A stretch of DNA of 64,000 bases from the human T2T-CHM13v2.0 reference genome, Homo sapiens. Each line of letters opens with the position of its first letter. The stretch's first letter is position 1. Below the pieces are notes generated by a model. It made no database searches, had not been told where the DNA came from, and was given only the letters and a program-made list of their open reading frames with translations. Made by a program: the position numbers and the translations under genes. Positions 29,961-42,294 of the stretch are shown here, one piece after another. The stretch lies in the NCBI RefSeq assembly GCF_009914755.1, contig NC_060939.1; one strand, 5' to 3'.

Positions 29961-31504
29961 TGTTTCACTTGCTCACTGGACTTCCTCCATGACCAGTCCT
30001 CCACCCTCCCTTTCCCACCACTTAATGGAGGCAGGTCTTCTTCCAGGCTCAACTGCTTCCAAGTGGCCCTGTCCCCTGCAGGGTAGCCATAGCAGAAAAG
30101 AGCCAGAATTATCACAGTTTCCAACCGTGACTCCTACAAATGAGATAACATGCTAAGACCTTTAGGAAGAATCTCTCTCCATAAACTGGATTTGTGTGCT
30201 TCTTTTCTTGGGCTCTTTAGCAGGAGTGTGAGTTTTTGCATCTGGAAGGGATTTTCATTTTTAGTCTTCTATAAATAAGCCAAACACACGCCATCCTTCG
30301 TCACACTCTTCCTGGCCCCTGCCCCTTCACTCTCATTAGCACCCACAGCTGGAGCAGCCTGAACCCCCACCCTCCCCAGCTCACAGGACCCATGCAAACT
30401 GTGGAAACTCGAGCCCTCACCTGAGGCCTCAGTGTCCTCAATAGTCCTGTGTGCCTGACTTGGATGAAAAGCCAGACCTCACAGGTAGCTTCTGCTTAGA
30501 TTCTCAGACCCAGTCTACTTGCTTTAGCTTGTACTTCTGGCTTGAGGCCCCATCTCTGAGTTTTAGTTCTGTTACCCAAACCCCCTTCTGGAACCTGATC
30601 TTCCTTGACAGACAGCTTTCATTATCATGCCTGGGTCTGCCAGACACTTAACCATCCACCTTTAGCCTCCTGCTAGGACACATACTGATTCATCTTGTCA
30701 GTTGTTTGCAAGTATCAACCAGAATCTGCCATAACCTTGGAAACCCTGCAATGACTTTCAGTCTCAGACTGACTGATGCTAGAAGAGAGGACACTCTTGG
30801 CAGGAGATTCAAAAGGAACTACAACTGGACCTGGCTAGTTAATTTTTTTTTAGATGAACAGAATGGATTTTATGTCATCTTACTTTTCTCATGAATTCTT
30901 TACAGTCTACAAACTGTCCTGCTTAATATCACTTTCTTTGCAGGGCTGTCTGGGTGACCTGGGTGACCTGGAGAGAAGGCTGTCCAGGTTTCTGGCTAGG
31001 GATAGAATCCTCAGGAACTGGATGGCGCCAGAACAGGTAGGGGCTCACATTCAACTCTGGAGCATGGTGTAAATTTGAGTCAAAAGAGTATCAGGGTCAA
31101 GGTAGCTCTGAAGTCCCAGCCCAAAAATGTTAAAGGGAAAAGGGAAGCAGGTTAAGAAGAAAAAGTCAGGTTTAAAGCAAAGGATCTGCCACTCAAGTCA
31201 ACCAGACAGACAGGAATAGAAGGCAGAGCCTGGAAAAACAGAATGTCCTGGGGATGCAGGGATTGAGAGAATGGAAGGGGACTTTTTATAGGGAGCCCAT
31301 AAACTAGCCACAGGTCAGGAGAGAAATGGAAGGGCTAAACTGGTTCAGATAAAAACAAAGTAGGAACGGGATGCTAACTAGTGCTACAGTGTGTAGATAT
31401 TGTACTAACTAGAAGCCTCACTGGAAAAAAATTGGATAAAAGTCATTCTACCAAGTTGACACACCAGAGCAAACCCCGGAGCACAGCACCCAAGGATACT
31501 CCAC

Positions 31505-32540
<1,036 letters not shown>

Positions 32541-32852
32541 AATAGCAAAGCAAAATGAAACAAACAAAAATTCCACATACAATTTATCACATTCCCTTCC
32601 TTCTTCCTGCCATGGAGACCAGTAACAGAGAGTGAGGTCCCTGTCAGCCTCCATATCTGCATGAGACGTGAAAAAGATTCCCCTGCCAAAGCGGGGATGA
32701 AATTGCAGCAAAAGAAAAAATAACTCTTTACTGATTTAAACAGGTGAGATTTAGGTGTTATTTATGATTACAGCATAGTGCTAATCTGTCTGACTCACAC
32801 AACCCCCAAACTCAGTATGTTGTCCCAAAGTCTCATTGAAAAAACAAGTTAA

Positions 32853-32965
32853 GCCAGGTACAGTGGCTCCTGTCTGTAATCCCAGCACTTTGGGAGGCCA
32901 AGGCAGGAGGACTGCTTGAGGCCAGAGCTTAGACCAGCCTAGGCAACAATGCGAGACTCCATCTC
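32853..32965 (+). mobile_element. FLAM_C monomer
   Basis: Left-arm-only Alu sequence. Confidence 0.85.
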
Positions 32966-33136
32966 AAAGAGAGAAGAGAAGAGAAGAGAAGAGAAAAAGG
33001 AAAGGAAAGAAGGGAAGAAGGAAGGAAGAAAGGAAAGGAAAGGAATGAAGGAGGAAAGGAAGGAAGGGAAGGAAGGAAGGAAGGGAAGGAGGGAAGGAAG
33101 GAAGGAAAGAAGGAAGGAAGGAAGGGAGAAGGGAAA
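32966..33136. repeat. Polypurine (GAGAA)n/(GGAA)n low-complexity tract from the FLAM tail
   Basis: About 170 nt of almost pure A/G. Confidence 0.95.
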
Positions 33137-34182
33137 TTAATTTTAGAAAAAGAAAAAGAACAAATTAACAGTCCAACACACAGTAGATCATGAAACACTT
33201 CAGTACATAAAATCTGCCCCCATAGAGTTTGAGAAACATAAATCAGACTTCTATTTGTTCAAGTGACAGAGTGATTTCAAGATACAAATTCTTGAAGTGA
33301 TCCATCATACCAACCACACAGTATGTGGTGATGATGAGGGTTAGGACCTCATAAAAGAGGGATGGGGATGTTGGACATGCCCAAGTCACCCCATCTGACA
33401 CCACGATATTGTTCAGAGCCAAATGAAGAACACAGAACACCCTATGATGAAAGAAAAAGTCAGTACTCTTAAGATGGTTACTTGTAGTGAGATAAACTGA
33501 AACATCCCTCTGCTCTTCAGACGAAATTTGAAGTTACACAGAAACTATCTGAAGACAGCACCGTCCATCCCAGATAGTTTAGACAAGGTTTTCTCAATTA
33601 ATACGAAGCCTCTTTGGAATGAGGGCAGACCCAGAAAGGAGATCAGGATTAATGTTTCATAAGAAGTAAGGCTGAAGTACTATTAATAAGAAACGCAAAT
33701 TCCTTATAGGAGACTATGCTAGTCTTTAGAAAAAAATTAACACTTGAGATGATGAAGTATTTCATCTTGGGCATTTCAAGAAGCAATCAGAGGCCATCAT
33801 CATCCAAGAAGTGAGACCAGAGTGTAGGTCCAAACCAGGGCCCTCACAAGAGAAGCCCAAGGGACCACTAGGCACAGCCTTCTATTCCCAGAGGTCTCAA
33901 AGGTTCATGTTTTGATGTCATCTCCAGATGAAGGCAAACACAGAGTCACTGAGCTACAGTGACAGAACTGAAAGCAAATGTTTTCAGCGTGGAGCATAAA
34001 ATGTGTAGCCCATCATCAAACCCAGAGTTCAGTGTGATTTAATTCTTCACAGAAGATTTGTTATAGGATATTTTTGTTTTGGAATTGTTCATTTATAAAA
34101 CATAAACTTCAAAATATCTAGTTCCCCTCTTTATCCCATGAATAGTTCAAGGCAAAGAGTTGTCCAGAAAAACTCTATAATG

Positions 34183-34930
34183 TGGAAATGCAAATCAAAA
34201 CCACAATGACATGCCATCTCATATCAAATGACTTATTCAAAAGTCAAAAAATATTAATAGCAGATGCTGGCAAGGTTGCAGAGAAAAGGGAGCTTATATA
34301 CTGTTGGTGGGAGTGTAAATTAGTTCAACCATTGTGGAAGGCAGTATGGCAATTCCTCAAAGAGCAAAAAACCGAGCTACTATTCGATGTTACAATCCCA
34401 TTACTGGGTATATACTACTGGGTACCCAGAGGAATATAAATCATTCTACCTTAAAGACATATGCACATGAATGTTCATTGGAGCACTATTCACAGCAAAG
34501 ACATGACTCAACCTAAATGCCCATGAATGACAGATTGGATAAAGAAAATGTGGTATATACACCATGGAATACCATGCAGCCATCAAAAAGAATGAGATGA
34601 TGTCTATTGCAGGAACATGACTGAAGCTGGAGGCCGTTATCCTTAGTAAACTAACTCAGAAACAGAAAACCAAATACCACATATTCTCACTTTTAAGTGG
34701 GAGATAAATGATGAGAACACACGGACACGAAGAAGTAAACAACAGACACCAGGGCCTACTTGAGGGTGGAGGGTGGAAGGAGGGTGAGGAGCAGCAAAAA
34801 AATAATTATTGGGTACTAGGCTTAGTACCTGGGTGATGAAATAACCTGCACAACAAACCCCTGTGCCACTAGTTTACCTATATAACAAACCTGCACATGT
34901 ACGCCCAAATCTAAAACAAAAGTTAAAAAG
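34183..34930 (+). mobile_element. L1PA13-16-like 3' fragment
   Basis: EMQIKTTM...[13 protein letters not shown]; 3'UTR GGGTACTAGGCTTAGTACCTGGGTGATGAAATA. Confidence 0.88.
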
Positions 34931-34990
34931 AAACTCTCTAATGTGGTACTGCTGCAGGATGCTTATTGGAACACTCTGTAAAACAAGTCA

Positions 34991-35306
<316 letters not shown>

Positions 35307-37679
35307 TCACTTAAACACCCTCTAGAATTCAGTGGGAGTCCAATCCATGGAACAGCTAGATGAGCCCAAGAGATACCCCTTCCAATCTCTTCACAATTCA
35401 GTCTTTAAATGCCTTTGAGGCTGCACCTAAGCCGGTGTGGAAGAGCATCATAATGATGTCTTCCAAAGGAAGGAAGAGTTATGGACCTATACCAGGGATT
35501 TGCAACCCCTGCACTGTCTTATTCACACTTCCTTTCCCTAGGCCAGGACTCAGTCCTATTTTAAGACAAATTCCTAATTAGGCTTCACACTGTCTCTATT
35601 GCTAACCTACAAAATGCCTTTGGGAATTATACAAGGTGTAATTCTTAAATAATAGAGTCAAGAAAAATATATATGGAATTAAAATAGCAAGGTTATTAAA
35701 AAATTTTCCTGCAGAAGTAGGAGGTATTCCTTTAGAAACATACAATTCATGCTCACCTTCCTTCACCTAAGAGCAATAACTCTCTTTCTGCAAAAATTAA
35801 ATGGGCATGGAGGAAAAATTAACCCTAAACTAATTCCAAATCTGGTTGGGATGTAGGGGGAGTCAAAGGAGTGGTCGTATCAGAGATAGTCGATTTTCAT
35901 TTCCAGAAACCCATTATAGACCACACAGCCATTAAAAAGTATAATTATGACAATTACACAATAAACACAGAATATGCCCAGAATATGCCAATATAAATGA
36001 TGACTGTTCTGTGATTAAATTTTGTGTGCACATGAGCAAACACTTGAACAAAGCATGGATGAATATAAACAGCTTGATTTGTGTAGCAGTGGTCAGAGCA
36101 CGGGTTAATTTTTTTTTTTTTTTGCAGTTTGGTTTCTATTAATGTTGTTCATACAACAAATAATTTGTAAAAAGCCATTAAGGTGCCTCGGTGACAATTG
36201 GAAAACCAATTATAAATTCCTGCACTTCTAAAATGAGACAGAACCAATGGTGCAGAGCTGCAGCATGGAGAAGCAAAGAGCCTCTGCATTAGAATTTTTT
36301 AATTTTTTGCCTGAATAAAAGGAAGGCTTGATTTAAAGAGAAAGGTCATTTTATCTGGGTGTAATTTATCTATGTTTTATTCTAAGAAAGTGGCCTATTT
36401 GCAAAAGCTCGCACAAGTAGTCTCTGAGATTCATCCCATGTAGTCACCACCATGGGGTCTTGTTAGAGACACTGACCTACTGACACAGTGCCCCACGTTT
36501 ACCCTGTTTGGTCACTACCTTGGAACAACCCATACCTCTCTGCAAGGCCCTTTTGCATATACTTCTCTTATACTGAAGGAGTCATATTATACTAACTGTT
36601 CCATCATTAGTGCTCTAGCAAAGCTGGATCAATCACTGGACCCCAGATAGAGCCCTAAGTGCTCTGAGATGAGAGGTCAGGACTCAGAGCCAGGGAGCAG
36701 ACATTTTGGTTGGCTCCACCCCTCCCCCAATGTGTAACAGCTTAGAGGTGCATCCTGATTGGTCTAAGTCAGTCGTGGTGCTCCCATCCTCCTTACCAAT
36801 GAATAGATCGAGACCCCAGGATGATATTTTTCAACATAAGGTTTTCCTATGTCCTCAGGATTGGTCCAGCTGGAGCCAATGAGACTCCAGAAAAGGTTGC
36901 TGGGGGTTCTTTCTTTGGATATTGCTACAACCACATGTGTGGTGCAGAACATCAGCACTCATTCTGTTGCTGGCCTGCAAAGAGCAGAGCCAAGAGGACT
37001 GCAGAGCAATAGAAGGTGTGCCGCTAGATTAAGTCAACCTCCACATCTCCCTACCTCTGGATCTCTAGTCTTGAGACCCTTCATGTTTATGCCAGTTTGA
37101 ATTTCAATCTTCTTTTGCATCCCAGTTGATGTTAGACCACATCCCTGACCTCTCTCCTGAGCACAACAGAGGAATCCAGCTGACACTAAAAGTTAAGGAG
37201 ACAGGCAGACAAAAGACCATCTCTAGAATCCTCTCACCCTCTTTATGCTCACTCATTTTCACTACCATCTCCTCCCCATTCATGTGCCTGGAATTTAAAT
37301 TCCAATGACAACAGAAATGAAATGGGCTATAGAGCTCATCTTCTTTAAACTTCTCATGATAGTTCTGAGGAAATTGAGATTCTGGGGGGAAGAAAGGGTA
37401 CTTACCAAATACAATTCAGAGGCAAAACTACATCCTTTAATGCCCAATGAAAATGTCTATTTCTTAGCAAAATTTTCCCCAGTAATCACACCCCTCCTGC
37501 ACTGCCCCAAGCAGAATTGGTTATTTCTTCTTCATCACCATCAATATATTTTGTACCCACCTCTATTAGAAACAGCCCCTATGTTGTTGCATAATTATTG
37601 GCTCCCACTAGACTGTGCACTTCTTGAAGACAGGGTGCCTGGTTTTAATAGGGGCTTGACTGTTAAGTGAATGGAGCAA

Positions 37680-37758
37680 CATCTTTATCAAACCCATTAA
37701 TTCCATCTTTGTCAAACTCATTAATTCCATCTTTGCTAAGCCCATTAATTCCAACTTT
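37680..37758. repeat. 24-bp tandem repeat x3.3
   Basis: CATCTTTATCAAACCCATTAATTC / CATCTTTGTCAAACTCATTAATTC / CATCTTTGCTAAGCCCATTAATTC / CAACTTT. Confidence 0.92.
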
Positions 37759-37792
37759 ATTCACATAGAATCTGTGATATTTCTAATTGAGG

Positions 37793-38400
37793 ACAGTAGA
37801 CAGAATTTCTAAAATGACCTCCCAAAGGTGTTTCACCCTAATCCCCTGGAATCTGTGACTAGAATGAGATATCACTCTTGTGGTTATGCTATGTCATGTG
37901 GTACAATTGAACTCAAAAGGGTGAGTTAACCAGTAACTTAGTGTAATGTTACATGAGCCCTTAAAAGTAGAGAACTTTCTCTGGCTGGGTGCATAAGAGG
38001 GAGGCAGAAGGGAGAGATTTGAGGAAGATTTGATGCCCTGTTGCAAAACAGAAGACACGAGCTAGGAAATGCAGGCAGCCTCTCAAAGGTGAGAACAAGT
38101 CCTGGCAAGCAGCCAGCAAGGACATGAGGATTTCAGTCCTACAACCACACAGAACTGAATTCTGCCAACAACCTGAATGACTTGAAAACAGATTTACTCC
38201 CAGAGCCTCCCAGAGCCCCAGCTGACAGACACCTTGATTTCAGCCTTGTGAGACTCTAAGCAGAGTACCTAGCCATGCCTGCCTCCACTTCTGACCTACA
38301 ACACTATAAAATAATAAATGGAAGTTTTGGAGTGACAAAAAAGTTGTTTTAAGTTGCTAAGTTTGTGGTAATTTGCTATGAAGCTAAGAAAACTAATACA
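37793..38400 (+). mobile_element. MLT1E-type MaLR LTR
   Basis: CAGTCCTACAACCAC..GAACTGAATTCTGCCAACAACCTGAATGA...GCTAAGTTTGTGGTAATTTG...AAACTAATACA. Confidence 0.85.
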
Positions 38401-39267
38401 GAGAGTTATTTGCGGAGAGAGTAGGGAAGCTTTGCTAAGCAAATTATTAGAGTAAACCAGCTTTCGATTCTGATGTTGACCTGCTTAGAGCTAACCAGTT
38501 TCCAAGATGTTTGTAGAAGTGACTTTGGAGATCATCTGACCCTGGGTAAACAGGCTGCATTTTAAGCCAACTCGAATCAATTGGTGTGATTACCAGGCAT
38601 GGACTGTTAAGAATTGTGAGGCCAAGCCTGGGTTCAGGGTAAAATAAATCCGTAATTGATTAGCAACACCTGCCATGAGCAGAGAACCTGGCGATGACAG
38701 CATGCTTGACAAACCCTTGCTATTCCTACTCTAGTCTGGCCTACTCATTTGGGAACAGTAGTCCCAGAGAAGGGGCAAAATTACATAGTCAATCAAGACT
38801 AGAACTAGGAATCAAAGCCTCCTAGCACACAAATATAATTTTCTTTGCACAGTGCAGTTTACTAAATTCAACAGAGCTAAAATATTAATCCTGTTCTAAT
38901 TCATACCTCAAGAGTCCCCCAGGGCCTGGCAGCAGCCCATGGCTCATATCATGAGCACTGAGGTCTTCCTGGGGACCATATTTATAAGATCCACCCTGAG
39001 GAGCTTACATCCCGGCAACCCACTCTCTGCTCAGAACCGGCCAGTGAGAGGAGGCCATCTCTTCCTTCTCCTTTCCCTCTCTTCTCCCAAGAAGCTAGGA
39101 ATAAGCCACAACTCTTGGATGAAGTGAGAAGACTGGGAACTGGACTTTGACTCATCAGGACACCAAGAAGAAATCAAGACACAAGGTGGAAGTCAGTGGA
39201 GAAGCAAAGAGGAAGCAAGCAGCTCACAGACCACATAGAACTCCTCAGGCCACCATGCTTACTGTTA

Positions 39268-40565
39268 CACACACCTTGACAGGCTGGCCCCACTCATTAC
39301 TGAGGTGAGGGCAAAGCTAAGGTCCTACTGGCAATGACTCACAGAAAAAGCTATAAATAGGAACATTTATGACCATATTTATACAATCAAAGTTGGTTCA
39401 ATGATAATGTATGGAAAAATAGAATCTTTGCTGAAGAGGAATTTTAACTCCATTTGGGTATATGTTCCCAAGTGGGAAAAAAAACCTGGGCACACAGCTT
39501 TAAGAAGTGCGCTGGCCTCTGGTAATTGCTCTAATTACCTGTGAGTTAATTAGAGACCATTACGTGTTCAGAAGTGAGATTTTCATCCTTCAAAATTTGC
39601 ATTTCCAGCGAGCAGCTCATTCTCTATGCATCATAAGGCGAGTGTTCCCTGCTGATTTCTTTTCCTCATATATAACCAGGCTCACTCTGCGACTGATATA
39701 ATCAGAAGTCCATTAGACAGGGCCCAAAAAAGCCAGGAAGAGGTAGCAGGCTTCTGGGGCAGACAGATGGGTCTGGAATCTGTCTAGCCCCAGAAGGACG
39801 TATTTGAAGAGAGACTGATAATTTGGACAGTTTTTTGCAGGGACTGCTTTTGAGTTTGCTCAGTCATAATGACAGACTTTCCAGGAGAAACCAAATACCA
39901 GACACCTCCCTGAGTAAAAAATTCTCATTGCCTGGGTCCTAATAAGAGTGCAGGAGAAGGCTTTCAGTGATTTGGGTGGGGCCTGCCGCTCTGATTCACA
40001 GTCATCTATGGGTTGACCCAAGGGCCAGGGCTGGGTGAATTTGAAGACTGTTATAATTTATTTTGCACACACCTTACAGGCCCCACCTGAACAACTGAAA
40101 GCCTTCCCCTGGACTCTTATTAGGGCCTAGACTATGACCATTTCTTACCCACTGAGGTATCTGATACTTGGATTCTCCTGGAAAGTCTGTGATTCTGAGC
40201 AAATTCAAAAGCAGTCCCCACAAGGAGCTGTCCAAGTTATCAGTCACAGGTAATTAGAGCAATTACCAGGGTCCAGCACACTCTTTAAGGCTGTGTGCCC
40301 AGGTTTTCTTTCTCTTGGGAACACATACCCAAATGGAATTAAAATTTCAACAAAGATTCTATTTTTCCATACATTATCATCGAACCAACTTTGGTTGTAT
40401 AAATGTGGTCATAAACATTCCTATTTACAGCCTTTTCTGTGAGTCATTGCCAGTAGGACCTTAGCTTTGCCCTTGGGTCAGTAATGAATGGGGCAGTCTG
40501 ACCCCACAATCATCTATGGGGTGACCCAAGGGCCAGAGCTGGGTAGATTCGAAGGCTGTTGTAAT
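39268..40565. repeat. Local duplication with internal inversion (L-X-R / L'-X(inverted, with deletion)-R')
   Basis: 39280-39544 is revcomp of ~40244-40500; 39813-39985 is revcomp of 40077-40245; ~39990-40057 is a direct repeat of ~40498-40565; CACACACCTT at 39268 and 40066. Confidence 0.92.
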
Positions 40566-40674
40566 GTTCTCAAAGGCATGGGGACTATTCATACTTTTAA
40601 ACTCAGTAACCCAACAGCAGGAAGCTTTTTAAACAAAAGGAAATCAGCCCAAATAATGAAAAAACTTTATGCAC

Positions 40675-41230
40675 TGTCTTAGCCTGGGCTGCCCAGAAAA
40701 CTGGGCTGAATTTGCAAATATTTATGTGCAATTACTTTATTAAAGGGTGTAATATCAGGGAAACAGACGAGAGGAAAAAGGCAAAGGAAGCAAGAAAGGA
40801 GGAGAACCAACATGGGGTGCCTTATTGAGCTCCCCATTGCTAGGTATTAAGTGAGACTGATTGCTTGATCTCACTAGACGGCCTCTCCAAGGCCATAGCA
40901 TGACTGTGACTTAAGGTGTCCATGGAAGGGTGGGAGTGTGAGGTGAAGACTTTATTCCATAGCTTCCGTCTCCCATTGGTCAAAGTTTTGCCCTATGAGG
41001 CATTAATTCCTTCATACTTCCAGGTTACACGTGTGTGGATGTTGAGAGGGTCCCACTGTGTCTCACACCCCAGATTCAACAAGGAACCCGGGAGCAGGAG
41101 GTGAAGTGCAATAGGCTGTGCTCCCGTGAAGTTGGACAGGGTCTATCTGGAGTGGCAGTTCAGGAGTAGATGCCCAAAAGCCATAGAGATGGGGAAGCTG
41201 CAAGGTCGTAAGAGGTCTGATACACACCTC
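40675..41230 (-). mobile_element. LTR33-like ERVL LTR
   Basis: TGTCTTAGCCTGGGCTGCCCAGAAAAC... is the reverse complement of the LTR33 3' end. Confidence 0.65.
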
Positions 41231-41289
41231 AGTGTGGCTGTGGCTTTTCACTGTGTCCATCTCAGCGTGGATTCCAGTGAGGAAGCCCA

Positions 41290-41480
41290 GGCGTGGCAGT
41301 TAAATCATCTTTCCTGTGAATCCTTACTCTGCCACTCACTAGCTGTAGGACTTAGGGCAAACTAACTCCTCTGCACCTAGATATCTGTGACTGCTGAATG
41401 AGAATAATACCTACCATAAGGAAATGTTTCAAGGTTTGAATGAGATAATCTGTGTAATGTATGGCCAAGAACACAAACTT
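41290..41480 (+). mobile_element. MIR
   Basis: TCTGCCACTCACTAGCTGT...GAGAATAATACCTACC. Confidence 0.65.
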
Positions 41481-41774
41481 AACAAAACCAAATTTCCCCC
41501 CCTATATAATAATAAATTGAAACAACATAAACGTCCAATTATTGAAAAATGGTTAAATAAACCACGCTACAACCAGTTATGGACCCCTGTGTATCCTTTA
41601 AAAATAATGATACTGAATAAGTGACAAAATTGAAAATTGCTTCTGATATTGAAAAAAAATGATACAAAATTGTATAGGTACAGTATGGGAGGAGAGTGTT
41701 GTAGCCAACATGAAATACCGTGTGCAAATGCCTAGGGATATGCACATGCATGACATTTCGGGGGAAAACACTAA

Positions 41775-42294
41775 GAATTGCTCCTGAATATTATTCACTT
41801 TTCTTTCTTGTTAACAGGACTCCAGATTTGTTCGGAGTGCTATCGTGCTCATCCTCAAGTGACAAATCATGATTTGTCTCAACCAATCTGGAAATTTTTT
41901 TTCTCTAAATTTCCAACCTCCCTTGCAGTTGGAGAAGGCCATACGATCTGTTTCTGTACAAAATAATCTAATAGGAAGTCTGCTACTTCCCATTCAAGGT
42001 CTAGTAGAGCTTTGCTTTGCTTTCATGATAAAAGGGGAAGTAACATGGCAGGCACTGTCCCTTCCTCTTTCTTTCCACTTTGGATGTAGATGTGAAGTCT
42101 GGAACTCTGGCAGCCATCTTATAACTATGAGGTAACCAGCATGAGGGAAAGGTCAAGAAATTCAGCTCTGTCATTTGTGAGCCACCGAATCAACATCAAA
42201 AACTACTTTCAGTCTCTTGTTACATATTTATTTGTTTAAACATCAATGGTCAGATTTTCTGTTACTTATCACCAAATACACACCTAACTGATAT
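41775..42294 (+). mobile_element. MLT1J-type MaLR LTR
   Basis: CTGGAACTCTGGCAGCCATCTT...TTTTCTGTTACTT...CCTAACTGATATA. Confidence 0.7.

Noticed and set aside
33180-33540. Faint resemblance of minus-strand translation to peroxiredoxin (HLA..., LG..NIP.L, L.QI.V)
   Set aside because: Needs several frameshifts and lacks the catalytic FTFVCPTE motif; not distinguishable from chance without tBLASTn.
37680-37758. CRISPR-like array
   Set aside because: Head-to-tail repeats with no unique spacers, no cas genes, eukaryotic context.
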